Assembly (NCBI GenBank): GCA_002269645.1
Contig: NIVC01002998.1
Span: 1 to 64,000, forward strand
Length of the DNA: 64,000 nt
Source: Macrostomum lignano
Taxonomy: Eukaryota
Reading direction: 5' to 3'
The notes under the pieces were generated by a model that made no database searches, was not told the DNA's origin, and saw nothing but the letters and a program-made list of their open reading frames with translations. Shown one piece after another: positions 60,271-64,000 of this stretch. Position 1 is the first letter of the stretch; each line of letters starts with the position of its first letter. The translations under genes were made by a program, and so were the position numbers.

Positions 60271-60979
60271 ATGCTTCGCCATCTCTTTTTCTTGCTTTTT
60301 TGTCAATGCTTAGCCGCTAAGAAGCTCACTGGTTTCGACTACATCGGCTGTTTCAAAGACAAAGACAACCGCGACATGCCAGGACTCGAAGGCATGCCTC
60401 CAATTGAGGGCCACAGCGTTGTCGGTACCTCAATTAGTAATGCCACCCAGAACTCACACGAATTCTGCAGCCATATTTGCTCTCTGTTCAACTTTCGCTA
60501 CTTTGCTGTACAGTTTGGCAAGCAGTGCTTCTGCGACAACTCCTATGGAGGAATGGGAGCAGGTCTGGAGAGCGAATGTAGTTTTGGTTGTCCTGGCAAT
60601 TCGAACCAGAAATGCGGAGGATTTGACCGAAACTCTGTTTTCAAGCTGAACTATGCTAGTGAGTAAAGCATTTCTGCATTGATACACTTTTGATACACTT
60701 TCTAAAGATCCTAACCATTGCATTACAGACGTGGACGAATATTTTCAAGGGCAGATTAATCGCAACTCGACTCTGAACTACGTCACGAGCCCTAACGCAC
60801 CTGCCGATCGTACTTTTATCGCTCGAAGTTTGCTGCAGTGCGCCTCGAAATGCTCTTCGACTGCTGGTTGCCAAGCGGTGATTTTCGCCAAGCAAAGAAA
60901 GCTGTGCCGCCTGCTTGGAGCTGTGGAAGGTCTGCCTACCCTGGTTGGGACCGACGAACTGGTGTTTATTCGTGGCTGA
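60271..60979 (+). CDS. Secreted WSC + PAN/apple-like domain protein, paralogue 2 (2 exons)
   Basis: Exons 60271-60658 and 60729-60979 (phase 1). Signal peptide MLRHLFFLLFCQCLAA. WSC: YIGCFKD..YFAVQFGKQCFCDN..CPGNSNQKCGG..RNSVF. Exon 2: CASKCSSTAGCQAVIF...KLCRL. Ends VFIRG*, like paralogue 1 (VFVRG*). Confidence 0.9.
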
Positions 60980-61521
60980 ATGGATCGAAAAGTGGTCAAG
61001 AACTTTGATGTCAACGAAAAAATTTAGAACCAAAAAAAAAATAAAACATTTTCGATCTGCTAAAGGACTAAAGGATTAGCTTGCATTCGCAATTGACACC
61101 AGACTTAACCTGCTCTTTGTCATTTTATTAAGCTGTTATAATCAATTACAATACCGTAGTTACCGTAATTCTCCAGGTAAGTGTTAGCACACCAATAACC
61201 TTTCTTAACTAGTAGTTGTTCAAAGGTCGTGTCAGCACCCATACATTTTTATTTGCTGAGAACGAAGCTGATATGAGAAAGTGTTTTCATAGGTGCAGAG
61301 AGATAGAGAAGCGCAGTGGACACCATACGCTGTGAGAATATTTATCTAATTTAATTTCCTATTTCACAGTTTGATATGCCTTGGACAGCAACGGTGAGCA
61401 CCTTCTTGACAGCTTTAATAACCCGAGCTTTCACTTTTTCGATTCAATATTTTTAGAGGTGAAAAATGACCATATAAATATGGCCTTTTAATACGCTCCG
61501 CAAGGCTCAAATTTTGTTATT

Positions 61522-63225
<1,704 letters not shown>

Positions 63226-63749
63226 GTGAGCGGTTGTCACTCTGTTAAGCCATTGTATTAGCTGAGAATGTAGAACCAGGTAAGCGAGGTCTCAAGGTAT
63301 AAGAATTTTATTATTCCTCAAAAGTCAGCAGCAACTAAAATCGTTAAAAATAATAACGAATCACCTCTAAAAGGCACAGGGTAAAGTGTTCAGGTTGAAA
63401 AGCTACGTGACCAATTAGATAGAATCAAAGACAACTTAAGTAGAAGGACGCAACACTCAAAATATACCAGTATATGGTAAATGTTTTGAAGGCAACTTTT
63501 CGCCGAAAAATACACTACAGAGATTGGAGGTTTTAATTTTTTTCAGCACAAAAGTTGTTATTGCTTTTGATAGGAGAAAGACTCAGTGTTCATCTTTTGA
63601 TATGCTGTGCCTTTCTTATTGCTCTATTAATATTCATTAAGCTTCTTGTTCAGAAAATTAGGATTTCGAGTTTAGCGTCTTATATATGCTACTTAAGTAG
63701 TCCTTTGGTTAGAGTACGATAGAACACTCAAGGATGAAGGCGCAACCCA

Positions 63750-64000
63750 GGGGGGCCGTAGCCCAGCGGTAGCGCAGCTGCTCTGGTGTGCCAGCGACCC
63801 AGGCTCGATTCCAAGTGCAGTCACATTAATTTGGGGCTGAATTGGAATCTCGGCTTGGCTCTGTTGGTACAATTAACGCCATTGAGGGCCAACCCCCAAG
63901 GCGCAGTGAAGTGTACATGCCTAACGATGAATAATAAAGTTAGGGCCGCTGTACACTCCTGTGTGAGTGTGTGCCTGCGTACGTATCCGCGCGCTTGTAT
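63750..64000 (+). mobile_element. tRNA-derived SINE, copy 2 (uninterrupted, runs off the window)
   Basis: A box tagcccagcgg at 63759-63769 and B box ggctcgattcc at 63802-63812. Body is homologous to 51923-52157 plus 58065 onward. Confidence 0.88.

Noticed and set aside
63750-63825. Possible tRNA genes (also 51923-52000 and 48730-48800)
   Set aside because: A and B boxes are present but there is no complete cloverleaf, and each continues into a repeated body. These are SINE heads.
63905-63960. Twister-ribozyme resemblance (gcctaac...ataaagttaggg) in the SINE body
   Set aside because: Too short; it lacks P4 and the pseudoknot-forming loop and is explained by a simple hairpin.

Overview
Repeat-rich metazoan genomic DNA with spliceosomal GT-AG introns, no operons, and no rRNA, tRNA or CRISPR array. 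GC-rich exons split by introns packed with private minisatellites resemble the flatworm Macrostomum lignano (inference only). Genes reconstructed by hand: (1) a disrupted minus-strand RTP/zf-3CxxC-type gene (~2.1-2.7 kb); (2) a complete 14-exon ATP8A-type P4-ATPase phospholipid flippase (18805-43197, ~1203 aa); (3) a complete 6-exon SLC24/NCKX exchanger (46333-51654, ~551 aa); (4) two tandem two-exon genes for secreted WSC + PAN/apple proteins (58827-59596, 60271-60979); (5) the first three exons of a second NCKX paralogue (61522 onward). Mobile DNA: a non-LTR RT fragment; a Penelope-like element whose inverted pseudo-LTRs each carry a type I hammerhead ribozyme motif; a full-length 5.9-kb APE-RT-RNase H LINE inserted with a 13-bp TSD into a tRNA-derived SINE; a 3' fragment of the same LINE; a CORE-like SINE; a hAT MITE with an 8-bp TSD; and several foldback elements. 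Most long ORFs in the supplied track are translations of tandem repeats. All coordinates were read by eye; no alignments or database searches were run.
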